A DNA stretch of 64,000 nt, taken from the NCBI RefSeq assembly GCF_009914755.1, contig NC_060929.1. One strand, written 5' to 3'. The notes below the pieces were generated by a model. It was not told the DNA's origin. It worked only from the letters and a program-made list of their open reading frames with translations, and did not search any database. Shown in pieces: positions 16,010 through 30,294 of this stretch (positions are counted from its first letter, which is position 1; each line of letters opens with the position of its first letter). The translations under genes were made by a program, and so were the position numbers. Source of the stretch: the human T2T-CHM13v2.0 reference genome, Homo sapiens.

Positions 16010-16339
16010 CAGTGATGGAAAACTTTTTCTGGAAAGACCAGATAGTAAGAATTTTTGTTTTGGTTCTAGACTCTGTTGCAAATGTTCAACTCTGCCACTG
16101 TAGCTCCAAGGTAGCTAGAGACACTCTGTAAAGGGATTGGCATGGTGTGTTCAGTAAACTTTATGTACAATGAAATTAGAATTCCATATCATTTTTATAT
16201 GTTACAAAAGGTCATTCTTCTCTTTAAAGTTTTCAAGCATCCAAAAATTTAAAAACATTCTTAGTTTTCAAGCTAATGAAAATAAAAAAACAGCAGCTAT
16301 TAGCCTTTGGCCTATAGGCTGTAGTTTTGCTGACCACTG
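16010..16339 (+). mobile_element. MER58B-like hAT-Charlie MITE
   Basis: cagtg...cactg termini, ~330 bp; internal ctctgttgcaaatgttcaactctgccactgtagc motif. Confidence 0.8.
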
Positions 16340-16576
16340 AGGTAAAGCATTATGAATGTTGATATACTAGCTTCCCATGGTTTCCTCATATGCTTAGAAT
16401 ACAAATAGATCAGGTCTTCCAATTCAATCCAATAATTATTTGAACTTTTGTATGTTTAACATGCTCTCCACACTGGGGAGTGGAAGTGGAAATCACAGAG
16501 CCACATAAAATGGCTATTACTTTTAGAACGAGTATAACAATGCAACTGAGGAGACTACAGGGAAAATCAAGGGTAT

Positions 16577-16984
16577 TGTTACCGGTGGAGGGTGTCCAGG
16601 TTCTTGATGTCTTATAAAAAGAATTGGACAAAACACACAAACAAGGCAAGAAAAGAATGAAGCAACAAAAGCAGAGATTTATTGAAAACAGAAGTACACT
16701 CCACAGTGTGGGAGCAGCCAGAGCACAGGGGCTCAAGGGCACTGTTACAGAATTTGTGGGGGTTTAAATAGCCTCTAGAGGTTTCCATTGGTTATGTGGT
16801 GTATGCCCTATGTAAATGAAGAGGATTAAGTAAAGTTGCAAAGTCATGTACTCAGTGTATGTCCTATGTAAATTGAGAGGATATTTCCTGTCATAGCTGA
16901 AGTGTTTTCATTTGATTTAGTTCCAAGAAGTCAGCATGAATCCGCCTTATGTTCCCTGCCTGCAGACTCTATTCTCCTGCCCCA
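16577..16984 (-). mobile_element. MER61-type ERV1 solo LTR
   Basis: Minus strand begins TGGGGCAGGAGAATAGAGTCTGCAGGCAGGGAAC and ends CCACCGGTAACA; flanks gtat/gtaa. Confidence 0.85.
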
Positions 16985-16999
16985 GTAAGAAGCAGAATA

Positions 17000-17356
17000 T
17001 GATATATATTATATACAAATTATATATATAATTTATATATTTTATATATTAAATTTATATAATTTATAAAATTCTATAATTTATATAATTTATATATATA
17101 ATTTATATATATAAAATATTTATATATAAATTATATATAACATATTTATATATAATTTATATATATATAAAATATTTATATATAATTTATATATAACATA
17201 TTTATATATAATTTATATATATATAATATATATATAATTTATATATATAACATATTTATATATAATTTATATATATAACATATTTATATATATTTTTATA
17301 TATAAAATATTTATATATATAAAATATTTATATATAATTTATATATATATATAAAA
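17000..17356. repeat. AT-rich minisatellite / (TA)n array
   Basis: Repeated ~26-nt unit tataatttatatatataacatattta and variants. Confidence 0.95.
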
Positions 17357-19038
17357 TTTAAGTTTGTTGTTAGAAGAATTAAAACAGTTCCATTGGAGAT
17401 GCTGTCTTAGTAAAAATTATCCTTTCCTCCAGAAATTAGATTCAAGGTATGATTTAATAGCAGTCTTACGCTAATATTTTGCCATATTTGTCAGTTGTGT
17501 ATACACACACACACACACACACAAATTTAAAACATAATAAGACCATGAAACGGCAAAGACAGAAAAATTCAATTGCCATTACAGAGATTGAGAGCCAATG
17601 GCATAAAAACTGGCCTTCCTTAGTCTCATCCTTCCAAATGTTTCTTTTATGTAGTGATTAAAGGAATATTCATAGCCTTAGTCTTTTTCCTCAATAAATA
17701 TAATTTTTCATTCTGATGTTTGAAAACATCTATCACTTCTGAGTTCTACAATTGAGTTCACAATTCAATAACTTTAGTTCCTGCATGACAGTGTGGTGAG
17801 TAATTGTATCAACTCTGTCTCCAACATAGTGTTAAAAATCAATTAATATGAGGTGATGAGTTAATTTAGAAACAAAAGAGAGAAATTCTGACTTTTAATT
17901 AGAATGAGAACTATATAATTTATACACAAGGTATAATATTCATATTCAAAGAAATAATGGAAAATTTTATTAATATTTTGTAAATACATTAAGGTGAAAT
18001 TATAAAAATTAATAACCATTTACCAGTGCTGATTTCTTCATAATGAATTTAAAAAATATATGCATACTATAGAGAATATAGTATTTGAAACAGATAAAAA
18101 TTGTGATAGATATTATCCATATTAGTAATTATTTTCTAAAAACTTTGAAATTACCTTGTCTTCAGTTTCAGATTTTAAAATAATAATAGTAATAAGATGC
18201 TGATAGTAAATACAAAATAAGTACATAGTAAATAAATTAAAAACAATGAATAAGGAAATTGTAATTGATATTTACAACAGATTAAAAATGATACTAATTT
18301 TCTCCAATGCAAAAAGAGTTTCAGAATGAGTTAATTATGCAATTACTTAGTTTTCTTATTTTTCAATGTCAAGTAGTTGAAGAAAAATGTAAAGAAATCA
18401 ATAATGTGACCACTTGGTGCAAGTCGATTAAAAAAAAAGAAAATCTAGTAAAGCCTGAACCATAACCAATCTAGCCATCATAATGATGACAATGATTTAC
18501 ATAATAAAGAGTCAAAATTTGGTGTAATTTTATATTTATTTATATAAGCTTCTTAGATTTAATGCTCTTAGATAAAAATGGCCTTAGCACCAAATCAGAG
18601 ATGTTAGGTTACTTGGAGTTCACATAAACAACAAATTGGAAAACCTTATATATATGTATAGATTAAACAGGCCATAGCCCATGTTTGTAAAATCTTTCTG
18701 TCCCAGCATCACTGTTTCTTACAACTAAAGATTGAAACCTTAGAATAAATTTTACATTCAAAAACTACACAAGCAACATGAATTAACCTGCAAAGTACTC
18801 TTTATAATAGGAAAAAAACAAGCGAAATCCTATCACTATCATTACTCATCTATATCAGTGTTTCTCAAAATTTGTTACAAAAATAATACATATACAGGTA
18901 TTTAAAAAGACCCTGCAACTGATCCTTACACAGTTTCCTAAAAATGGAAATAATACATATATATGCATACATATTTCCTCTTTCTATGCATATACATGAT
19001 ACATATATGTATATATGCCTATGTATATACACACATAT

Positions 19039-21315
19039 AGATATGGTTTGGCTGTGTCCCCACCTATATCTTATCTTGAATTTTAACTCCCACAATTCCC
19101 ACGTGTTGTGGGAGGAACCCAGTGGGAGGTGATTGAATTATGGGAGTGGGTCTTTCCTCTGCTGTTCTGGTGATAGTGAATGAGTCTCGTGAGATCTGAC
19201 ATTTTTAAAAACAGGAGTTCCCTGCACAAGCTCTCTCTTTATCTTCTGCCATCCTTGTAAGACGTGACTTCCTCCTCCTTGTCTTTCACCTTCTGCCATG
19301 ATTGTGAGGCCTCCCCAACCACAAAGAAGTTTAAGTCTAATAAACCTCTTTCTTTTGTAAATTGCTCAGTCTTGGGTATGTCTTTATCAGCAGTGTGAAA
19401 ACAGACTAATACAGTAAATTGGTACCAGTAGAGTGGGGCATTGCTGAAAAGATACCCAAAATGTGGAAGCAACTTAGGAACTGGGTAACAGGCAGACTTT
19501 GCAACAGTTTGGAGGGCTCAGGAGAAGAGAGAAAAATGTGGGAAAGTTTGGAACTTCCTAGAGAATAAGGTCCAGGCTGAGATGGTCTCAGATGGAGATG
19601 AAGAACTTTTGGGGAACTGAAGCAAAGGTGACTCTTGTTATGTTTTAACAAAGAAACTGGCAGCATTTTGCCCCTGCCCTAGAGATTTGTGGAAGTTTGA
19701 ACTTGAGAGAGATGATTTAGGGTATCTGGCAGAAGAAATTTCTAAGCAGAAAAGCATTCAAGAGGTGACTTGGGTGCTGTTAAAGGCATTCAGTTTTATT
19801 AGGAAATCAGAGTTCAAAAGTTTGGAAAATTTGCAGCCTGACACTGCAAAAGAAAACAAATTCCCATTTTCTGAGGAGAAATTCAAGCCAACTGCAGAAA
19901 TTTGCATAGGTAACTAGAAGCCCAATGTTAATCACCAAGAAATGGAGAAAATGTCTCCAGGACATGTCAGAGGTCTTCACAGCAGCCCCTCCCACCACAG
20001 ACCCAGAGGCATAGGAAGAAAACATGGTTTCCTGGGTCCAGCCCAGGGTCCCTGTGCTGTGTGCAGCCTAGTGGTTTGGTGCCCTGTGTCTCAGCTGCTC
20101 CAGCTGTGGCTGAAAGGGGCCAATGTAGAGTTAGGGCCATGGCTTTGGAGGGTGCAAGCCCCAAGCCTTGGCAGCTTCCACATGGTGTTGAGCCTTAGAG
20201 TGCACAGAAGTCAAGAATTGGGGTTTGGGAACCTCTGCCAAGATTTCAGAAGATGTATAGAAATGCCTGGATGCCCAAGCAGAAGTTTGCTGTAGGGGCA
20301 GGGCCTTCATGGAGAACCTCTGCTAGGGAATGCAGAAGGGAAATGTGGGGTCAGAGCCCCCACACAGAGTCCCTGCTAGGGCACACCTAGTGGAACTGTA
20401 AGAAGAGGGCCACCATTCTCCAGGCCCCAGAATGATCTACTGACAGATTTCCCCGTGTGTCCAGAAAAGCCACAGACATTTAACTCCAGCCTGTGAAAGC
20501 AGCCAGGAGGGAGGCTGTACCCTGCAGAGCCACAGAAGCAGAGCTGCCTAAGACTATGTGAACCCACCTTTTGCATCAGTGTGACCTGATGTGAGACATG
20601 GCATCAAAGGAGATCATTTTGGACTTCTAAGAATTGACTGCCCTCCTGGATTTCAGACTTGCACGGGGCCTCTAGCCCCTTTTTTTTAGCTAATTTCTCC
20701 AATTTTGAATGACTGTGTTTACCTAATTCCTGTACCCTAATTCTATCTAGGAAGTAACTGACTTGTTTTTGATTTTGCAGGCTTTTAGGCCAAAGGAACT
20801 TGCCTTGTTTCAGATGAGATGTTGGACTGTGGACTTTTGAGTTAATGATGAAGTAAATTAAGACTTTGGGGGATTGTTGGGAAGGCATGATTCATTTTGA
20901 AATGTGAGGACATCAGATTTGGGAGGGGCCAGGGGCAGAATTATATGGTTTAGCTGCGTCCCCACCCATATCTCATCTTGCATTATAACTCCCACAATTC
21001 CCACATGCTGTGGGAGAAACCTAGTGGGAAGTAATTGAATTATGGGTATGGGTCTTTCTTCGGCTGTTCTCATGATAATGAATGAATCTCATGAGATCTG
21101 ACGTTTTTAAAAATGGGAGTTCCCTGCACAAGCTCTCTCTTTGCCTGCTGCCATCCATGTAAAGAGTGACTTGCTCCTCTTTGCCTTTCACCTTCTGCCA
21201 TGATTGTGAGGCCTCCTCAGCCATGTGGAATTGTAAATCCAATAAACCTCTTTCTTTTGTAAATTGCCCAGTCTTGGGTATGTCTTTATCAGCATTGTGA
21301 AAATTGATGAATACA
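19039..21315 (+). mobile_element. Full-length THE1B (ERVL-MaLR): LTR 19039-19413, internal region, LTR 20941-21315
   Basis: Two direct LTRs (atatggtttggctgtgtcccc...aataca); THE1 internal gtaaattggtaccagtagagtgggg...ggggccaggggcagaa; 5-bp TSD catat/cctat. Confidence 0.95.
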
Positions 21316-22426
21316 CCTATATATAAGTACCACATATATAGTTCTCATGTTAAGGTGAATCGAAATTTCCTGGGGCCAGAAATAGGTATTTAAAAAGACC
21401 CTGCAACTGATCCTTACACAGTTTCCTAAAAATGGAAATAATACTATGAATAGCATTTATCCACACGTAGGTGGGGTACATGTTTTGTCAATAATTCATC
21501 ATAGATTTTTGGATTATCTAAGTAAGGGTGATGCTAATAATCAACCGTTATTTCAGTACTAGGATCACTGACTTTTTTTCCCCAACAAAATAGAGTTTAT
21601 AACCTCGAATGTGGATGAGAACAAGAAACTACTGAAAATTGGAATTGCTGTATTTTATTGTCTATACAAATTCTTACAGGTAAATATAAATTTCTTGTTA
21701 GTAAAAATATATCTATGAGTAAAATAATATGAGTAAAAATGGAATATAAGCTATTGATCACATTTTAAGTATTAAAAATAGCTTGCACACATAGAATTTT
21801 GAGAGAAAACTATTGAAATGTTTTAATTGATTACATAATCAATAAAAGATGACTCAATTTGTAATCCACTGGATATCTTCGGGCTTCAATCTCTTTGTCT
21901 TTAAAATTAGGCCAGGATTATTCTAGGGAATATCTAAAATTTCTATCAGTTTTTATCATCAATGATCCTATGATTCAACTCACCCTTAACTATTGCTCCT
22001 CCCTTCCCAAGAATCTCCATAAAGTAGCTTAAAATTTTCTTGCTTTGTGTAGCTAGCTTATTAGCCTTTCATATTGAGAACTAGTATTACGTCTAGTAAT
22101 CACCAGCGTTTTTCTTGGTTTAATGATGTCCATAGAAATGCTTGCTGGAAATGCTCAATGATATTGACCCTCTTGATGAATGTAGATTACTTAAATACTT
22201 ACATTTTTACTATACTTATGATCACATAAATGAAGATATATCAATTATTAGGTACTGTAAATACACTAATTTAAGCCAAGTAGTCTCAGTCACCCGTTCT
22301 TCACAGTAGAGTGTCATGGGTCTCTACTGCCCATTTTAGGGGATTAGATTTCTGAATGTATGTTTTGCAACTGAAGAACCACCATAGAACTTAAAGATTT
22401 ATATTTAAAAAAAAAGGAAAGCTTTA

Positions 22427-22428
22427 TT

Positions 22429-22471
<43 letters not shown>

Positions 22472-22475
22472 TTTT
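22427..22475. repeat. (TTTA)n microsatellite, probable second retrotransposition tail
   Basis: ~12 TTTA units, 42 bp from the L1 poly-T. Confidence 0.9.
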
Positions 22476-22736
22476 GTGGATGGCAAAGTCTTAGGGTAGC
22501 CATGGTCAAAACCACAATTTTTTTTTTTTTATTATACTTTAAGTTTTAGGGTACATGTGCACATTGTGCAGGTTAGTTACATATGTATACATGTGCCATG
22601 CTGGTGTGCTGCACCCACTAACTCATCATTTAGCATTAGGTATATCTCCCAATGCTATCCCTCCCCCCTCCCCCCACCCAACAACAGTCCCCAGAGTGTG
22701 ATATTCCCCTTCCTGTGTCCATGTGATCTCATTGTT

Positions 22737-26561
<3,825 letters not shown>

Positions 26562-26624
26562 TCTGATGTTAGCTGGTTATTTTGCTCATTAGTTGATGCA
26601 GTTTCTTCCTAGTCTCGATGCTCT

Positions 26625-27641
26625 TTACATTTTGGCATGATTTTGCAGTGGCTGGGACCGGTTGTTCCTTTCCATGTTTAGTGCTTCCTTCAGGAGCTCC
26701 TGTAAGGCAGGCCTGGTGGTGACAGAATCTCTCAGCATTTGCTTGTCTGTAAAGGATTTTATTTCTCCTTCACTTATGAAGCTTAGTTTGGCTGGACATG
26801 AAATTCTGGGTTGAAAATTCTTTACTTTAAGATTGTTGAATATTGGCCCCCACTCTCTTCTGGCTTGTAGGGTTTCTGCCAAGAGATCCACTGTTAGTCT
26901 GATGGGCTTCCATTTGAGGGTAACCCGACCTTTCTCTCTGGTTGCCCTTAACATTTTTTCCTTCATTTCAACTTTGGTGAATCTGACAATTATGTGTCTT
27001 GGAGTAGCTCTTCTCGAGGAGTATCTCTGTGGCATTCTCTGTATTTCTTGAATCTGAACGTTGGCCTGCTTTGCTAGATTGGGGAAGTTCTCCTGGATAA
27101 TATTCTGCAGAGTGTTTTCCAACTTGGTTCCATTCTCCCCATCACTTTCAGGTACACCAATCAGATGTAGATTTGGTCTTTTCACATAGTCCCATATTTC
27201 TTGGAGGCTTTGCTCATTTCTTTTTATTCTGTTTTCTCTAAACTTCCCTTCTTGCTTCATTTCATTCATTTCATCTTCCATCGCTGATACCCTTTCTTCT
27301 AGATGACTGCATCGGCTCCTGAGGCTTCTGCATTCTTCACGTAGTTCTCGAGCCTTGGTTTTCAGCTCCATCAGCTCCTTTAAGCACTTCTCTGTATTGG
27401 TTATTCTAGTTATACATTCTTCTAAATTTTTTTCAAAGTTTTCAACTTCTTTGCCTTTGGTTTGAATGTCCTCCTGTAGCTCAGAGTAATTTGATCGTCT
27501 GAAGCCTTCTTCTCTCAGCTCGTCAAAGTCATTCTCCATCCAGCTTTGTTCCGTTGCTGGTGAGGAAGTGCGTTCCTTTGGAGGAGGAGAGGCGCTCTGC
27601 TTTTTAGAGTTTCCAGTTTTTCTGCTCTGTTTTTTCCCCAT
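26625..27641 (-). CDS. ORF1: L1 ORF1p, intact 338-aa reading frame
   Basis: Canonical ORF1p length; MGKKQ...QARREW...QNHAKM; some missense changes (e.g. SCPAKLS where YPAKLS is canonical). Confidence 0.92.
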   Translation of the reverse strand: MGKKQSRKTGNSKKQSASPPPKERTSSPATEQSWMENDFDELREEGFRRSNYSELQEDIQTKGKEVENFEKNLEECITRITNTEKCLKELMELKTKARELREECRSLRSRCSHLEERVSAMEDEMNEMKQEGKFRENRIKRNEQSLQEIWDYVKRPNLHLIGVPESDGENGTKLENTLQNIIQENFPNLAKQANVQIQEIQRMPQRYSSRRATPRHIIVRFTKVEMKEKMLRATREKGRVTLKWKPIRLTVDLLAETLQARREWGPIFNNLKVKNFQPRISCPAKLSFISEGEIKSFTDKQMLRDSVTTRPALQELLKEALNMERNNRSQPLQNHAKM

Positions 27642-27659
27642 CTTTGTGGTTTTATCTAC

Positions 27660-28565
27660 TTTTGGTCTTTGATGATGGTGATGTACAGATGGGTTTTTGG
27701 TGTGGATGTCCTTTCTGTTTGTTAGTTTTCCTTCTAACAGAGAGGACCCTCAGCTGCAGGTCTGTTGGAGTACCCTGCCGTGTGAGGTGTCAGTCTGCCC
27801 CCGCTAGGGGGTGCCTCCCAGTCAGGCTGCTCGGGGGTCAGGGGTCAGGGACCCACTTGAGGAGGCAGTCTGCCCGTTCTCAGATCTCCAGCTGCGTGCT
27901 GGGAGAACCACTGCTCTCTTCAAAGCTGTCAGACAGGGACACTTAAGTCTGCAGAGGTTACTGCTGTCTTTTTGTTTGTCTGTGCCCTGCCCCCAGAGGT
28001 GGAGCCTACAGAGGCAGGCAGGCCTCCTTGAGCTGTGTTGGGCTCCACCCAGTTGGAGCTTCCTGGCTGCTTTGTTTACCTAAGCAAGCCTGGGCAATGG
28101 CGGGCGCCCCTCCCCAGTGGCGGGCGCCCCTCCCCCAGCCTCGCTGCCGCCTTGCAGTTTTATCTCAGACTGCTGTGCTAGCAATCAGGGAGACTCCGTG
28201 GGCGTAGGACCCTCCGAGCCAGGTGCGGGATATAATCTCGTTGTGGGCTGTTTTTTAAGCCCATCGGAAAAGCGCAGTATTCAGGTGGGAGTGACCCGAT
28301 TTTCCAGGTGCCGTCCGTCACCCCTTTCTTTGACTCAGAAAGGGAACTTCCTGACCCCTTGCGCTTCCCAAGTGAGGCAGTGCCTCGCCCTGCTTTGGCT
28401 CGCACATGGTGTGCGCACCCACTGACCTGCGCCCACTGTCTGGCACTCCCTAGTGAGATGAACCCAGTACCTCAGATGGAAATGCAGAAATCACCCGTCT
28501 TCTGTGTCGCTCACGCTGGGAGCTGTAGACCGGAGCTGTTCCTATTCGGCCATCTTGGCTCCTCC
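27660..28565. promoter_or_regulatory. L1 5'UTR with sense and antisense promoter (antisense promoter fires on the + strand into the right flank)
   Basis: CpG-rich primate L1 5'UTR with intact YY1 site; bidirectional activity is established for L1PA 5'UTRs but not shown for this copy. Confidence 0.7.
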
Positions 28566-30294
28566 GTCAGCTTTACCTTTAAAAACATTATGTTTTTAAG
28601 TTTGAAGCTATTTTCGTCTTCTTTCAGAGGCCAAATAGGTGGTTTCAGCATTTTGTTGAAAGCATCTTCCAAAATTGTAAATGTAGAAACACAAGAATGG
28701 GCATTTGGCAAAAGTAGCATCAAAAAGCATGTCCCAGAGCGAAAGCCAAGGAGTCTGGCAGACCTGAAGAGGATTTGGGGAAGAAAATAAACACTAGCAA
28801 TCAGTCCAATTAGATGTAGCTGTAAGGTAAGTGTTTTTGTTGAAGGGGCTATTCGTCTGTGCTTAAACATTTTTTATTTTATTCACATCATATATGTTGT
28901 GCAGAAAACCTTATTAGTTGTTCCCACAACAACTGAATATAATGCCACATTTTATGAATGATCCATAAGCCTTAGTAATATTATGAAATAATCTTTAAAA
29001 TTAAACTTGTGTATTCGTTGTCATTTTGAAAAGAGCATGTTAAAAATTTAATTTATAATGTTGTGTGAATTTTAATCTGATGTGTGAAATTATAGAAACC
29101 ACATAAAGTCTAAACATAAATAGATTTTGTATGTTACTCTTCCCAAGTAACCTTCATGTAAGGCTAGCCATCTTTATAGTCTACTGAAAACTCTTTTAAA
29201 AATTATTTGTGTATGCTACATAACATGCATGTATACATCTGTCTTTGTCATTTGCATTAAAAATTGTTAATATTGTTTATCAATGTGTAATTATTTTACA
29301 GGAAGAAGATTTAAATTGTATGGCACTTTGTCTTCTTGATGTTATATAAAAACATACTACCTGAGATGGCTCATACCGGTGTGATTTTCCAGGTAAATTT
29401 ATAGTCTAGTAATTGGATATTATGAACTGATAAAAATAATGCCAAGATAACTGAAAATATTAATAGATTCTGATCTTTTATTGCCTGTGAAAGTTTGTTA
29501 ACTTATCAAGTAGATCTGAGAAAATGAGTTTTACAAGCTATATCAACTGATAGTATAAAAATTATTTAATAGATCATCTTTCCTTTATACGTAATATGAC
29601 TGTATACTGGCTTGATAACTTTTTTTCTTGCTAAGGTAAATTATTCAGGTATTTTAATTTAAAAAAAATTAGATTGATTAATAAAAATGAAGATAAGCAA
29701 GGCTTTCTCTTGAATATCAAATTAATTTGAATGTAACATATCAACTCACTGTTACTTAAAAGATAAGAATAAGAAATGTTTTAATGGCAGAGGAAAAATG
29801 TCAACAGAGCTTTGATTCAGAGAAGGCTGCAGAATGAATAGTCAGTAGTTAAGTACAAAGCATTAGAAAATTCACAAAAGTAATTGATGCTTTAACAGCC
29901 ACTCTTTAAGACCTCCTACATGTATCATTATAGTAATAATTAGGATTAGAAACACTAAAGTTTTAGGAGTTTTTCCAAGGGCATTTGACAATTTTTAAGT
30001 CAACTGTTAAATACACAAAATTATGTCAATACATTTTCCTTGTTAAAATAATACTGTATACAGCTACAAGTCTCCTTTGTCCACCTGATCCAAGTCTCTT
30101 TACCTCTCTCCAGATGTGGCCTCTCTTGACAGTTTAATATGGATTCATAATGTATATGCCTATGTAATGTATCTATGGCTATCATATATACGTATACATT
30201 TTTAAATATAAATTATGTCCTTTGTTTCTATCATGGGGCAACTTGATTTGATCACTCTTGTTAGTGTATGTAAATAATGCATTAAACAAACATA

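Noticed and set aside
17000-17356. CRISPR-like or coding array
   Set aside because: No unique spacers; ordinary AT minisatellite in a mammalian genome.
21557-21679. Possible exon downstream of THE1B (tttcag|...CAG|GTAAAT)
   Set aside because: Weak polypyrimidine tract; such motifs are frequent by chance in AT-rich DNA.
28308-28870. 160-aa and 119-aa ORFs spanning the L1-B 5' junction
   Set aside because: Chance read-through of L1 5'UTR frames into flank; no homology recognised.
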